Source: Candidatus Terraquivivens tengchongensis
GTDB lineage: Archaea; Thermoproteota; Nitrososphaeria_A; Caldarchaeales; Wolframiiraptoraceae
Direction of reading: 5' to 3'
DNA: 64,000 nucleotides
Assembly (NCBI GenBank): GCA_023261845.1
Contig: JALNJZ010000006.1
Coordinates: 19,113-83,112, forward strand
Positions 55,648 through 64,000 of the stretch are shown here, piece by piece (position 1 is the stretch's first letter; each line of letters opens with the position of its first letter). A program made the position numbers and the translations under genes. The notes beneath the pieces are model-generated. The model was not told the origin of the DNA. It did no database searches and worked only from the letters and a program-made list of their open reading frames with translations.

Positions 55648-57117
55648 TTAAGATGCCTCCTTGGCATATTGGATTAACAGGTGCGATGGGGGCTCCAATC
55701 CGAATTCTTCGAGCAAGTTTCTATCAAACAATATTCTCTTTGGTTGACCGTCTGCTACGACATTACCATCATATATGACGGTGATTCTGTCGCCTATCTT
55801 CAGGGCAAAATCGCTATCATGGGTGATCACTAACACAGCCTTCCCTTCGGCTTTCATTCTTATTAACATCGAACTTATGATAGATAAGGTCTCTTCATCC
55901 TGTCCCGTAGTAGGTTCATCGAGTATCAGTATTTCTGGGTTCATGGCCAAAATGCCCGCGATCGATAACCGAATCCTTTCACCCATGCTTAGACGGTAGG
56001 GCGGCTCGTTTTTTCGATGATTAAGACCCAGCGCTTCTAAGGCCATCTCGGCATAAGAATAGGATAATCCCAGATTTTTTGCCCCAAAGATAACCTCATC
56101 CCATACACTCTCTTGTGTAATATGCCTATCTGGGTCTTGAAAGACGAAGCCCACATGCCTTGCCATCTGCGCTGGTCCGTGTGTTTTCGTATCTTTTCCG
56201 AGAACTAAGACCCTTCCGCTCGAAGGTTTAAGCAAGCCATTGATGTGCTTAGCGAGGGTAGTCTTTCCTGAGCCGTTCGGTCCCATCAGAACTACACATT
56301 GGCCGCGACCTATGCTTAGGTTGATACCTTTTAAAACCATCCTCTTAGCATACTTGAACCAAACATTCTCAAACTTGATAACAGGGTCATCTTTGATGAA
56401 CGTCAGATGAGATTCGTCCATAGCTTCATCCGGTATACCTTGCTGAGCTAACTTCTGCCCCAAGACTATTGTTTTGTCTATCACCGGTTCTAGACCTTTG
56501 AGTCTCCTAGACATTATCACTAGACCATGTCCACTCTCTTTCAACATTTGGAGTGTTCGCCTTAGTTCAACTATACCGCGCCAATCTAAGTTGGCCATAG
56601 GGTCATCCATCACAAGGTATTTTGGTTGCATCAGGAGCGTCGAAGCTAACGCAAGCTTCTGTCGAAGTCCACCCGAGAGCTCGTTAACCTGATAGTTTCT
56701 GTACTCCTTCAGCCCGAAGCATTCGAGAGCCAATTCAAGTCTCTTCTCTGCTTCTTTTTCGTTCAACTCAAGGTTATCGAGAACGAACAAAAGATCTTCT
56801 TCAACCGTAAGGCCGAATATTTGCACCTCGTAATTCTGCAGGACCACGTTTACAATCTTATACCTTTCTTTGTCGTCCAGCTCCAGTATGTTTTTTCCAT
56901 CAACGTAAACACCTCCGGTTACCTCACCCTTCAAGTTCTTAGGGATAATTCCCGTAAGGCAGTAAGCGAGGGTAGTCTTTCCTGAACCACTCGGTCCAAC
57001 TATACCAAGGGCTTCTCTAGGTTTAACAAAAAAAGTAAGGTCTTTGAATATCCATTCTCTGTCGTACTTACACCCTAGGGCGACCGCTTTAAGACCATGG
57101 TTATCTAGAGTCTCCAT
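55648..57117 (-). CDS. ecfA: ECF transporter ATPase, fused tandem ABC domains (EcfA-EcfA')
   Basis: Two Walker A motifs (GPSGSGKTTLA, GPNGSGKTTLA). Two signature motifs (LSGGLRQKLALA, LSMGERIRLSIA). Two Walker B motifs. Confidence 0.85.
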   Translation of the reverse strand: METLDNHGLKAVALGCKYDREWIFKDLTFFVKPREALGIVGPSGSGKTTLAYCLTGIIPKNLKGEVTGGVYVDGKNILELDDKERYKIVNVVLQNYEVQIFGLTVEEDLLFVLDNLELNEKEAEKRLELALECFGLKEYRNYQVNELSGGLRQKLALASTLLMQPKYLVMDDPMANLDWRGIVELRRTLQMLKESGHGLVIMSRRLKGLEPVIDKTIVLGQKLAQQGIPDEAMDESHLTFIKDDPVIKFENVWFKYAKRMVLKGINLSIGRGQCVVLMGPNGSGKTTLAKHINGLLKPSSGRVLVLGKDTKTHGPAQMARHVGFVFQDPDRHITQESVWDEVIFGAKNLGLSYSYAEMALEALGLNHRKNEPPYRLSMGERIRLSIAGILAMNPEILILDEPTTGQDEETLSIISSMLIRMKAEGKAVLVITHDSDFALKIGDRITVIYDGNVVADGQPKRILFDRNLLEEFGLEPPSHLLIQYAKEAS

Positions 57118-57668
57118 TTGAGGAGTCCCCTCCTAACCAGCGGAGGGGCTATGGCTTTCAGGACTATTGGTGTTCCGATGAGGATTGGTGGCAGGTCGCT
57201 GACCGCTAACATGAAGACCGCGGGTCCGAACGGTGCTACTCCGACCCAATCGAAACCTACTGCGACTATCGGTACCATGATTATACCCGCTATGAGCGAA
57301 ATCACCGCCGCTTTCAGAACCCCCCTACCGCTCATCAAGTCCTTGGGCTTGCAGACTAGCCCGGGTATGAGGCCCGTCAGACCTACGCCTATTAAGTCAA
57401 AGATCGGGGTCGCTGGATTAAAGTAGCCCCCTATTATCGCCCATAAAGTGTTGCCTATGGCACCAGATAAGAACCCTATGATCGGGCCGAACAGTACACC
57501 GAATACGCAGGGAAGGAATGCCAAGACCCTCCAGTGGATTGCACCAGGTATCAGGGGTATGGGAGCGGTGAGCAAAAAGCCTACGCCGGTAATTGCTCCG
57601 GTCATAACTATGTAGGCAATCGCTGTTAATGCGTCCGGTTTCGTGTACTTTATGGCTACTTGTTCCAT
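57105..57668 (-). CDS. ECF transporter substrate-specific (S) component
   Basis: 187 aa with six TM helices. Overlaps the ATPase gene by 13 nt. Confidence 0.5.
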   Translation of the reverse strand: MEQVAIKYTKPDALTAIAYIVMTGAITGVGFLLTAPIPLIPGAIHWRVLAFLPCVFGVLFGPIIGFLSGAIGNTLWAIIGGYFNPATPIFDLIGVGLTGLIPGLVCKPKDLMSGRGVLKAAVISLIAGIIMVPIVAVGFDWVGVAPFGPAVFMLAVSDLPPILIGTPIVLKAIAPPLVRRGLLKWRL

Positions 57669-58236
57669 GCCGTTACTGCTTTTTACTCCAATATATAAAT
57701 AATATTTTTTATACGAAGATAAATTTTACATGTTCATGTAATCGCTTTGTGTGGTTTATCTAGCGCACTGCTTTTGAGGGGTTTTAGTAAAAAATTATGT
57801 TCCTGACGGGCAAGTAATTGGACGAAGGGACTTTATTAAGACGGTGTCAAGTTTGGTTTCTACTTCTCGCATCGCCGACCGGTTCTTTAAAAGAACAAAG
57901 ATTCGTCTTTGTGGTGCTTTCATCAATCTTCCCGTTGGAGGTGACGAAGCTTGGTAAATAGAAGGACTGTAATAAAAGGCATAATAGGAGCTGTTGCACT
58001 CGGTACTTTCGCACTTGGGTATTCTGAGGTCTTCGAAAAGATAGTCAGACCGTCTACAAGACTATACTGTCCAGATAAGTTGGATGGTGTTAGGTATGTT
58101 TACAGCAGTTGTTTGGGGGTGTAACATTAGATGTGGTATCAGGGTTAGAATCGTACTACATCAATCCAGCTAAGATTGCGAAGACCGGTAAAAGAGGAAA
58201 GAATTAAGATATACTCAAAAGATATGGTAAGTATAG

Positions 58237-58354
58237 CGCCGGGGCTGGGATTTGAACCCAGGCGACCCTCATCGGGTCAGCGGCTTTCTTGACCAGCACC
58301 GTTTCATTATAGAGATCTCGAGGCCGCCCCTATACCTGGCTAAGGGACCCCGGC
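58237..58354 (-). tRNA. tRNA-Ser(CGA) with about 31-nt intron at 37/38
   Basis: Acceptor GCCGGGG/CCCCGGC with discriminator G. 3-bp D-stem. Anticodon stem GCGGC/GCCGC. Loop CTCGAG[intron]A. Long variable hairpin GACCC-GATGA-GGGTC. T-arm CTGGG-TTCAAAT-CCCAG. Confidence 0.75.
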
Positions 58355-58440
58355 TCCGTGAGAACTATATCGCCCTTTAATATTAATTTTGCATAAAGAG
58401 CGCTACCTGAAGTGTGACCATGAAATCGTTACGACCCAGG

Positions 58441-59193
58441 TTACATCAAGTCGCCGCACTCGCATAAGGCCTCACGAATTAGCGTGTAGAGGTCATCCAT
58501 ACCTTCTTCCGTCTTAGCAGAGGTCTTAACTATCCTAATGGTTTTAGAGAATTCATCAACTAATTCGATAAATCTTGACGCCAAGTCTACTATCAACCCC
58601 TTCTCTTCAGATACCATCTTTTCTTTCAAATTACGTAAGTCTCTTGAGAACTCTTCAACTTTGTAGATCTCAGGTAGATCGGCCTTATTTATCACAGAGA
58701 CCACTGGAACCCCGAGCCTGAGCCTAGTTATCATCGGTAGTAAGAACGATATAGCCAAACCGCTTAGGGTAGAGGCTAAAGCCGGGTCGATTATGTATAC
58801 AGAGACTGTCGGAACGTGCTTGGATATCTCTTCGACGAACCGCGGACCCATGGATCTAAATAAAAAGAGCTCCATCTGTCCGGGAGTATCTATCAGCTTA
58901 AAATCCGATTTTAGATCGTAGACCCTTCTGGATACCTCAGAGATTTTCTCTTCTATTATCTCAGCCGCCCTAATCATCGCTCCATTAGGCCCTAGCCCAT
59001 GCTCCATTAATCTCTCAACAGTTATTAACTCCCTTACGTCGTATGACGGGACATACGGTGTCCTATGCACTCCAGGGTCTAAATTGACATAAGATATCTC
59101 TGCGTCTAACTCATGCTCCAACCATTTACCAAAAACATGTGTTAAGCTTGTCTTCCCACATCCAGCCGTACCGATAAAAACTATATTTAGCAT
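58441..59193 (-). CDS. GPN-loop GTPase
   Basis: VFIGTAGCGKTS P-loop and the GPNGA motif. ATG chosen at 59193. Confidence 0.75.
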   Translation of the reverse strand: MLNIVFIGTAGCGKTSLTHVFGKWLEHELDAEISYVNLDPGVHRTPYVPSYDVRELITVERLMEHGLGPNGAMIRAAEIIEEKISEVSRRVYDLKSDFKLIDTPGQMELFLFRSMGPRFVEEISKHVPTVSVYIIDPALASTLSGLAISFLLPMITRLRLGVPVVSVINKADLPEIYKVEEFSRDLRNLKEKMVSEEKGLIVDLASRFIELVDEFSKTIRIVKTSAKTEEGMDDLYTLIREALCECGDLM

Positions 59194-59282
59194 TCCATAA
59201 GTTTTGATTATACAAAGTATAATTTTAAGATCTTGATGGTTGCCCCATGAGGGGCTAGAGAGATCATATCTGATAGCGTTTT

Positions 59283-59618
59283 CTATTTCGGTAACCACTC
59301 ATTTAACAGCTTACGGTACCACCTATCCTCCTCGTATATTTCTTCATACTTTCCGCTCTCCGAAGCTATCTTGGCGGCCAATAGATGATAACACATAGGC
59401 TTCTCGTGACTTAATACCCTAAAATAGAAATCATCGCATGTGCAATATCCTGCTTTGAGCAGAATGAGGTAATCTTGTGTCCTACCCACAACAACCCACC
59501 TCGTCCTACCACTCGGCTTAAAGATGTAACGCTTCACGAGGCCCTTCTCTACGGCATTGAGAGCTTCCTCATACATCGAGCCGTATTTTTCCTTTAACGA
59601 ATTCAGCTCATCCTTCAC
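59283..59618 (-). CDS. SWIM zinc-finger protein
   Basis: CxC...CxH: GYCTCDDFYFRV...PMCYHLLA. Confidence 0.6.
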   Translation of the reverse strand: MKDELNSLKEKYGSMYEEALNAVEKGLVKRYIFKPSGRTRWVVVGRTQDYLILLKAGYCTCDDFYFRVLSHEKPMCYHLLAAKIASESGKYEEIYEEDRWYRKLLNEWLPK

Positions 59619-60409
59619 GCAAACTCCCTCAGATCCGAAACTTTGCCCAGATGCGTACCGTCAAGCATGTAGACCTCAGCCTTAGATAGATCGAATAAGC
59701 CCGATCTCATTACCGGTCCTAACAATTCACGCCCTTCCGATACAGTGTTTACAGCAACACCTGAAAGAAAGTCATTGAAGGAAGGCATCACCAAAAGACT
59801 CAGACGCCCCCTCGGAGCCTTCAAGTCCTGCTTACGTCTTAACCTCTTCACCAACGAAGCCCTATCAGCCTCGAGAATTAACCAAACTCTTTTCCTGATA
59901 GTGAAGCCGATTTCTGCCCTTAGTCTAACGACGGGATGCATGTGTCCCATTACCAGCATGTCGGCGTTGGAAAGGGTTATCGATGGCCACGTATGTCCGT
60001 GAAATAAACCGACCTTATGTTCTTCGTCTTCGATCATGAAACCTCTTGAGGGTGCATAAGTAACAGAGTCCCCAAGTATCTTGCTTATACCAGCATCATG
60101 ATTCCCTGGTACTAGTACGATCTCGTCAACCATCCTCCGAATGTCTTCGACCATACCGGACAAATACCTCCATTCAATCTTAGATGTTCCGGGGACCTTA
60201 TGCTTGAGGTCGCCTAAGATTATTAGCCTTTTAGCTCCAGTATTCTTTATTAATTGCTTAATTTCTTCAACGAGTCTCCAGCTTTGGGAAGGAACTCTGA
60301 AACCCACATTATGAAGCTCTTCTTCAAAGCCTATGTGAACATCTGACATTATGAGGCTCTTAATGGGTCGTTCAACCAGTAGGGCAGGTGCTTCTGGTAT
60401 CTTAAACAA
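59615..60409 (-). CDS. Calcineurin-like metallophosphoesterase
   Basis: SDVHIG, ILGDLKH, GNHD, GHMH motifs. Overlaps the SWIM gene by 4 nt. Confidence 0.7.
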   Translation of the reverse strand: MFKIPEAPALLVERPIKSLIMSDVHIGFEEELHNVGFRVPSQSWRLVEEIKQLIKNTGAKRLIILGDLKHKVPGTSKIEWRYLSGMVEDIRRMVDEIVLVPGNHDAGISKILGDSVTYAPSRGFMIEDEEHKVGLFHGHTWPSITLSNADMLVMGHMHPVVRLRAEIGFTIRKRVWLILEADRASLVKRLRRKQDLKAPRGRLSLLVMPSFNDFLSGVAVNTVSEGRELLGPVMRSGLFDLSKAEVYMLDGTHLGKVSDLREFA

Positions 60410-60486
60410 GACTAGTCCCGGTCATACTGTTAGGTGATAATCTAAGTATTAAACCCATCTATCCAAAGATTTGTAGCTAAGTTCGT

Positions 60487-61626
60487 TTATCGCTTGGTCA
60501 GCTCTGCTAACCTTTCGGGCAAGAACTCCTTTACGATAAACTCTAAACCATACCTAGAGAAAGCCTCAAGTTCCGCTTTTCTCTCAATTTTTGAGAATAC
60601 AGCCAACTCCCTCTTCCAAGGGTCTGTCTGGTACCTTGGGTCTCTTTTTAGTTCCTCTAACCTCTTTGCGTCCTGCTCAGTAAATTTCATGGATGGTAGC
60701 TTGTACTTGATAATGTCAGACGCGTACAGACCAGCCCACACAGCATCGGGAATGTTCAACTCACGTAGATGTGCTGATATTGCTGAACCATGTATTAAGA
60801 CTGACGCTATATGGACACCGAATGGGTCAGCATCTGCAAAGATGTAAACAGGAAGGTTAAGTTCTTCATTCAATCTCCTGATCAACTTTCTTGCGTTTCT
60901 TGGAGATTGACCGGCCGTGTGTATTAAGAGGGCCTTATATTTCTTATCGGCTCTTTCTTCAACGAACCTTGCAAAGACTGCACCCTTCTCTATAACGAAG
61001 AGGACTTCGGCACCACATTTAACGAATTCAGCCGTCGTGAGAGCTGGACCTATGGCAAAACCATCTGGGTGTGATGAAAGGTCAACCCTTTTACCTCTAA
61101 ACCCTGGTACCGTATACTCTATCACTAAGTCACCGTATATGGAGGCTCTTTCTTCTGGGAATATGTTAAAGTCCTCCCTAGGATGTCCCAGCAAACTTTC
61201 CAACTCAACTATCGCGTCGTCACTTTCACTCTGATCCTCGAAATCTATACCTTCGCCTATAGCAACATAATACGTATCCCTAAGGGTGGATGTCTTGCCA
61301 GCCTTTATCAACTTCTTAGCAAAGCTACTTATCCAAATCAACTGGGCGAATGGTCTAAGATGTTTAACATTTTTTGTTGTCCTTAAAACATGTTTATCTC
61401 CCAAGACATATTGTCTTAAATTAGAATCGTATATTATGTTGCTCGTTGCCCTTAACGGAAGCTGAATTTCTGGAAAAACACCATTCTCGATGCTGTTCAC
61501 TATCTTTTCGCCTAGTTGCATTAAAGATTGCAATACGCTCTCCTTAATTTTATCGATTTTATACGAGTGCGTCGTATGTTCCTTGTCTCCGCCCTCCATA
61601 ACCATCACCAGCCCATATCTTTGCAT
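60487..61626 (-). CDS. top6A: DNA topoisomerase VI subunit A (Spo11 homolog)
   Basis: Catalytic Tyr region TLRDTYYVA. Toprim block LFVIEKGAVF...IHTAGQ. DxD (FADADP). Confidence 0.8.
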   Translation of the reverse strand: MQRYGLVMVMEGGDKEHTTHSYKIDKIKESVLQSLMQLGEKIVNSIENGVFPEIQLPLRATSNIIYDSNLRQYVLGDKHVLRTTKNVKHLRPFAQLIWISSFAKKLIKAGKTSTLRDTYYVAIGEGIDFEDQSESDDAIVELESLLGHPREDFNIFPEERASIYGDLVIEYTVPGFRGKRVDLSSHPDGFAIGPALTTAEFVKCGAEVLFVIEKGAVFARFVEERADKKYKALLIHTAGQSPRNARKLIRRLNEELNLPVYIFADADPFGVHIASVLIHGSAISAHLRELNIPDAVWAGLYASDIIKYKLPSMKFTEQDAKRLEELKRDPRYQTDPWKRELAVFSKIERKAELEAFSRYGLEFIVKEFLPERLAELTKR

Positions 61627-61748
61627 CTCCCTTTATTTATAGCTAGAATACTTAACGTAATATACAGAGCCGTGCCCGCTCGGATGTTGCGAAGTAGAGT
61701 TAAAGTTTATCTTAAAGGAACGTCTTACTGGCTAATAGGCGTGCGAAG

Positions 61749-62123
61749 TTGGACGCTGACCTAGAAGTCAGAGCACCTCTGAATCCGACCGAAGACGAGG
61801 AGAAGGTTGTGAAGAGCATACTCAGTATATTTAAAGTCAAGGTAAACGTGATGCAGAATGAAATAATAGGTTGTTCAGAAGACATAAATTCCCTCGAAAA
61901 ATTAAAGCGTATGATAAGGCAAAGAAGGATAAGGTCTGCTGCTAGGGCTGTTATGAGGGGCGGTATAAGAGGCAACATTGTGGAATTCTATCTGCATAAA
62001 CAAGCAGCATACGCTGGCAAAGTGTCGTTTTCAAACGCTGAGGGTGAATCACCACTCGGCCCGATTAGAGTCACAATAAAAACAGACGATCCGAATAAGC
62101 TGATAAATTGGCTCACTGAATGA
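61749..62123 (+). CDS. Conserved archaeal hypothetical protein (TTG start)
   Basis: 124-aa ORF, 4-nt overlap with the next gene. Confidence 0.4.
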   Translation: MDADLEVRAPLNPTEDEEKVVKSILSIFKVKVNVMQNEIIGCSEDINSLEKLKRMIRQRRIRSAARAVMRGGIRGNIVEFYLHKQAAYAGKVSFSNAEGESPLGPIRVTIKTDDPNKLINWLTE

Positions 62124-62884
62124 TGAAAGGATGCAAAAGCATGATATCATGTGTATCGACGCTCTCAGTTCATGAGTCGCCATTCGGCAGGATTTTGGAA
62201 TGGCTGAAGCATTTAGGGGCCAGGGCGTGGGAGATAATAGACGAAAAGCCCAATGAGTTAGACATCAAAAAAGTTGAGAGCTACAGGAACATAGCACTTA
62301 GTGAGCTGACGTTGATAAACGTTCATGGCCCATATAACCCGCTAGCGTTTGGACATGTTTGGTTTAAAAGGCTTGAGGCTACGGTAGCTTTGGCTGGGCT
62401 GTTACGTTCTAGCTATGTTGTGGTCCACATGCCAAAGTGTGAGGATCTTGAGGTTACGCTTAAAAACTTGGAAAAGGCATCATCCACTGCTTCAAAGTTT
62501 GGAATAAGTTTACTTGTTGAGAACTGCACGTCAAATGAAAGTGCATACATGAATACTCTCGAGGATTTCGTCATACTCTTCGATACAACATGTGCAAAAA
62601 ACCTAGGTTTATGTCTAGATGTAGGCCACGCATACATTGAGAGAAACTTAGACGATTTTTTGAGCAAATTTTATGAAAGGCTCATGAACGTTCATTTACA
62701 CGATAACGATGGATTACGTGATTTACATATGCCATTAGATGCTGGGAAAGTTCCGTGGCGGAAGGTTTTAGAAAACTTAGCTAGAAAAGGATACGATGGG
62801 TTTGTTACGTTAGAGTGTAAGAGCAGAATGGAAGATAGCTTAAACAAATTGAACGAGGTTTTACTCAAGCTTAAAATTCCTTAA
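62120..62884 (+). CDS. Sugar-phosphate isomerase/epimerase (xylose-isomerase-like TIM barrel)
   Basis: VVHMP, LLVEN and HLHDNDG...H metal-binding blocks. Confidence 0.65.
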   Translation: MMKGCKSMISCVSTLSVHESPFGRILEWLKHLGARAWEIIDEKPNELDIKKVESYRNIALSELTLINVHGPYNPLAFGHVWFKRLEATVALAGLLRSSYVVVHMPKCEDLEVTLKNLEKASSTASKFGISLLVENCTSNESAYMNTLEDFVILFDTTCAKNLGLCLDVGHAYIERNLDDFLSKFYERLMNVHLHDNDGLRDLHMPLDAGKVPWRKVLENLARKGYDGFVTLECKSRMEDSLNKLNEVLLKLKIP

Positions 62885-62935
62885 GTACTTTAGCATTATA
62901 GAATTTTTGATTTTTATAATAGAGTTCAGCATTTA

Positions 62936-63832
62936 ATGGCAACAATGCTTGGGTTGATTCTTTCATTAGTATCGGCCGTAATCTTCGGGCTGAATTCGGT
63001 CGTAATGAGAAGGGGGCTTATAATCGGCGACGTTTATCCAAGCGTATTGATCAGCCTACTATTCGCAATACCCTATACGATCGCCGTATCATTCCTTACT
63101 GGTGAGGTATGGACTCTAACTAATTTGAGTATTATGGCAACAATATATTTTATTATAGCAGGCATCTCAAACTTCCTCGTCGTAAGGTATTTGATATATA
63201 TGGCCATAAAGCTGGCTGGTGCTACGGTGACTATTCCAATAGTTTCTTGTGATACGCTGATAACTGTTTTTCTTGGGATAGTACTGCTCGGAGAAGAGTT
63301 TTCATACAAGCTGATAGTTGCGGCAATGCTCGTTGTAGTTGGTATCGTGCTTGTTACAAGCAAAGACGCTCATGCGGAGGGTGAATATGGATCTTTCACA
63401 AACTTCAAGCAAGGCATACTTTATGCAACTCTTGCAATGTTAGGCCTCAGTATATCGTCAATTACTGTTAGGTTGGGTGTACTAGAGACGAACTCACCAT
63501 CATTAGGTCTACTGATATCGAATTTTTTTGCTCTGATAACATGCTCTGTCTTCCTAACTTTTCCAAAATATAAAGAAGAAGTTCTTGGCATTAATGTGAA
63601 AGCTAAACAGTATTTTCTTTTAGGTGCGTTCTTGGTAACGACTGGTCAGCTGACACGTTATGTTGCGCTTGCATATGTGCCGGTTAGTCTTGCATCACCA
63701 GTCATTAACACATACCCTTTGTTCACTTTGATATTATCTTACATCTTTAATAGAAAGATCGAGGCTTTCAATTGGAAAGTTCTTGTAGGCACACCTCTAG
63801 TCGTGATAGCCATAATCTTAGCCTTCTTCTAG
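62936..63832 (+). CDS. EamA/DMT-family transporter
   Basis: 298 aa with ten TM helices and two EamA-like repeats. Confidence 0.65.
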   Translation: MATMLGLILSLVSAVIFGLNSVVMRRGLIIGDVYPSVLISLLFAIPYTIAVSFLTGEVWTLTNLSIMATIYFIIAGISNFLVVRYLIYMAIKLAGATVTIPIVSCDTLITVFLGIVLLGEEFSYKLIVAAMLVVVGIVLVTSKDAHAEGEYGSFTNFKQGILYATLAMLGLSISSITVRLGVLETNSPSLGLLISNFFALITCSVFLTFPKYKEEVLGINVKAKQYFLLGAFLVTTGQLTRYVALAYVPVSLASPVINTYPLFTLILSYIFNRKIEAFNWKVLVGTPLVVIAIILAFF

Positions 63833-64000
63833 AGAGTACGTTACATCAAGTTTCATAAGGTCCTCGGACAAATATGTTTGCGGGAATATGCTTTTTGCTT
63901 CTGATAAAAGTTGTTCCGGTTCGTCGTCGTAACGGGGACTTATGTGGAATAAACACAACCTCTTCACACCAGCCGCGGCTGCAACCTCTGCCGCTTCTCT

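Noticed and set aside
63833-64000. Possible partial minus-strand ORF at the 3' window edge
   Set aside because: It is too short, and I could not confirm a frame or a product.

Overview
This window reads as an archaeal, crenarchaeote-like chromosome segment. The evidence is an STT3/AglB oligosaccharyltransferase with a WWDYG motif, topoisomerase VI subunit A, a GPN-loop GTPase, a PibD/FlaK-type prepilin peptidase, a thermosome-like paralog, and two class-II tRNAs carrying 37/38 introns. Most of the window is housekeeping and metabolic genes. These include tandem glutamate dehydrogenases, a LutC/LutB-A lactate-utilisation pair, a PotABCD-like ABC transporter, 6-phosphogluconate dehydrogenase next to an F420/LLM-type oxidoreductase, an ECF transporter, AlaX, prephenate dehydratase and acyl-CoA synthetase. 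The main feature is an integrated element of about 11.4 kb at 27146-38561. It is inserted at the 3' end of tRNA-Leu(CAG) and bounded by a 16/17-nt direct repeat. It carries a frameshifted tyrosine integrase and a small coiled-coil/wHTH protein. Its cargo is a tightly packed, co-oriented cassette: a small unknown protein; a DUF1156-type N6-adenine DNA methyltransferase with a Zn-ribbon and a DPPY motif; a roughly 1090-aa DUF499/BrxC-like P-loop ATPase; a BrxL-like Lon-related AAA ATPase; a small protein with an SDHG motif that may be an alkaline-phosphatase/PglZ-like fold; and a second small unknown. I read the cassette as a compact, non-canonical BREX/Pgl-like defence candidate. Base composition and strand skew inside the element differ sharply from the flanks. 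No CRISPR array or rRNA was seen.
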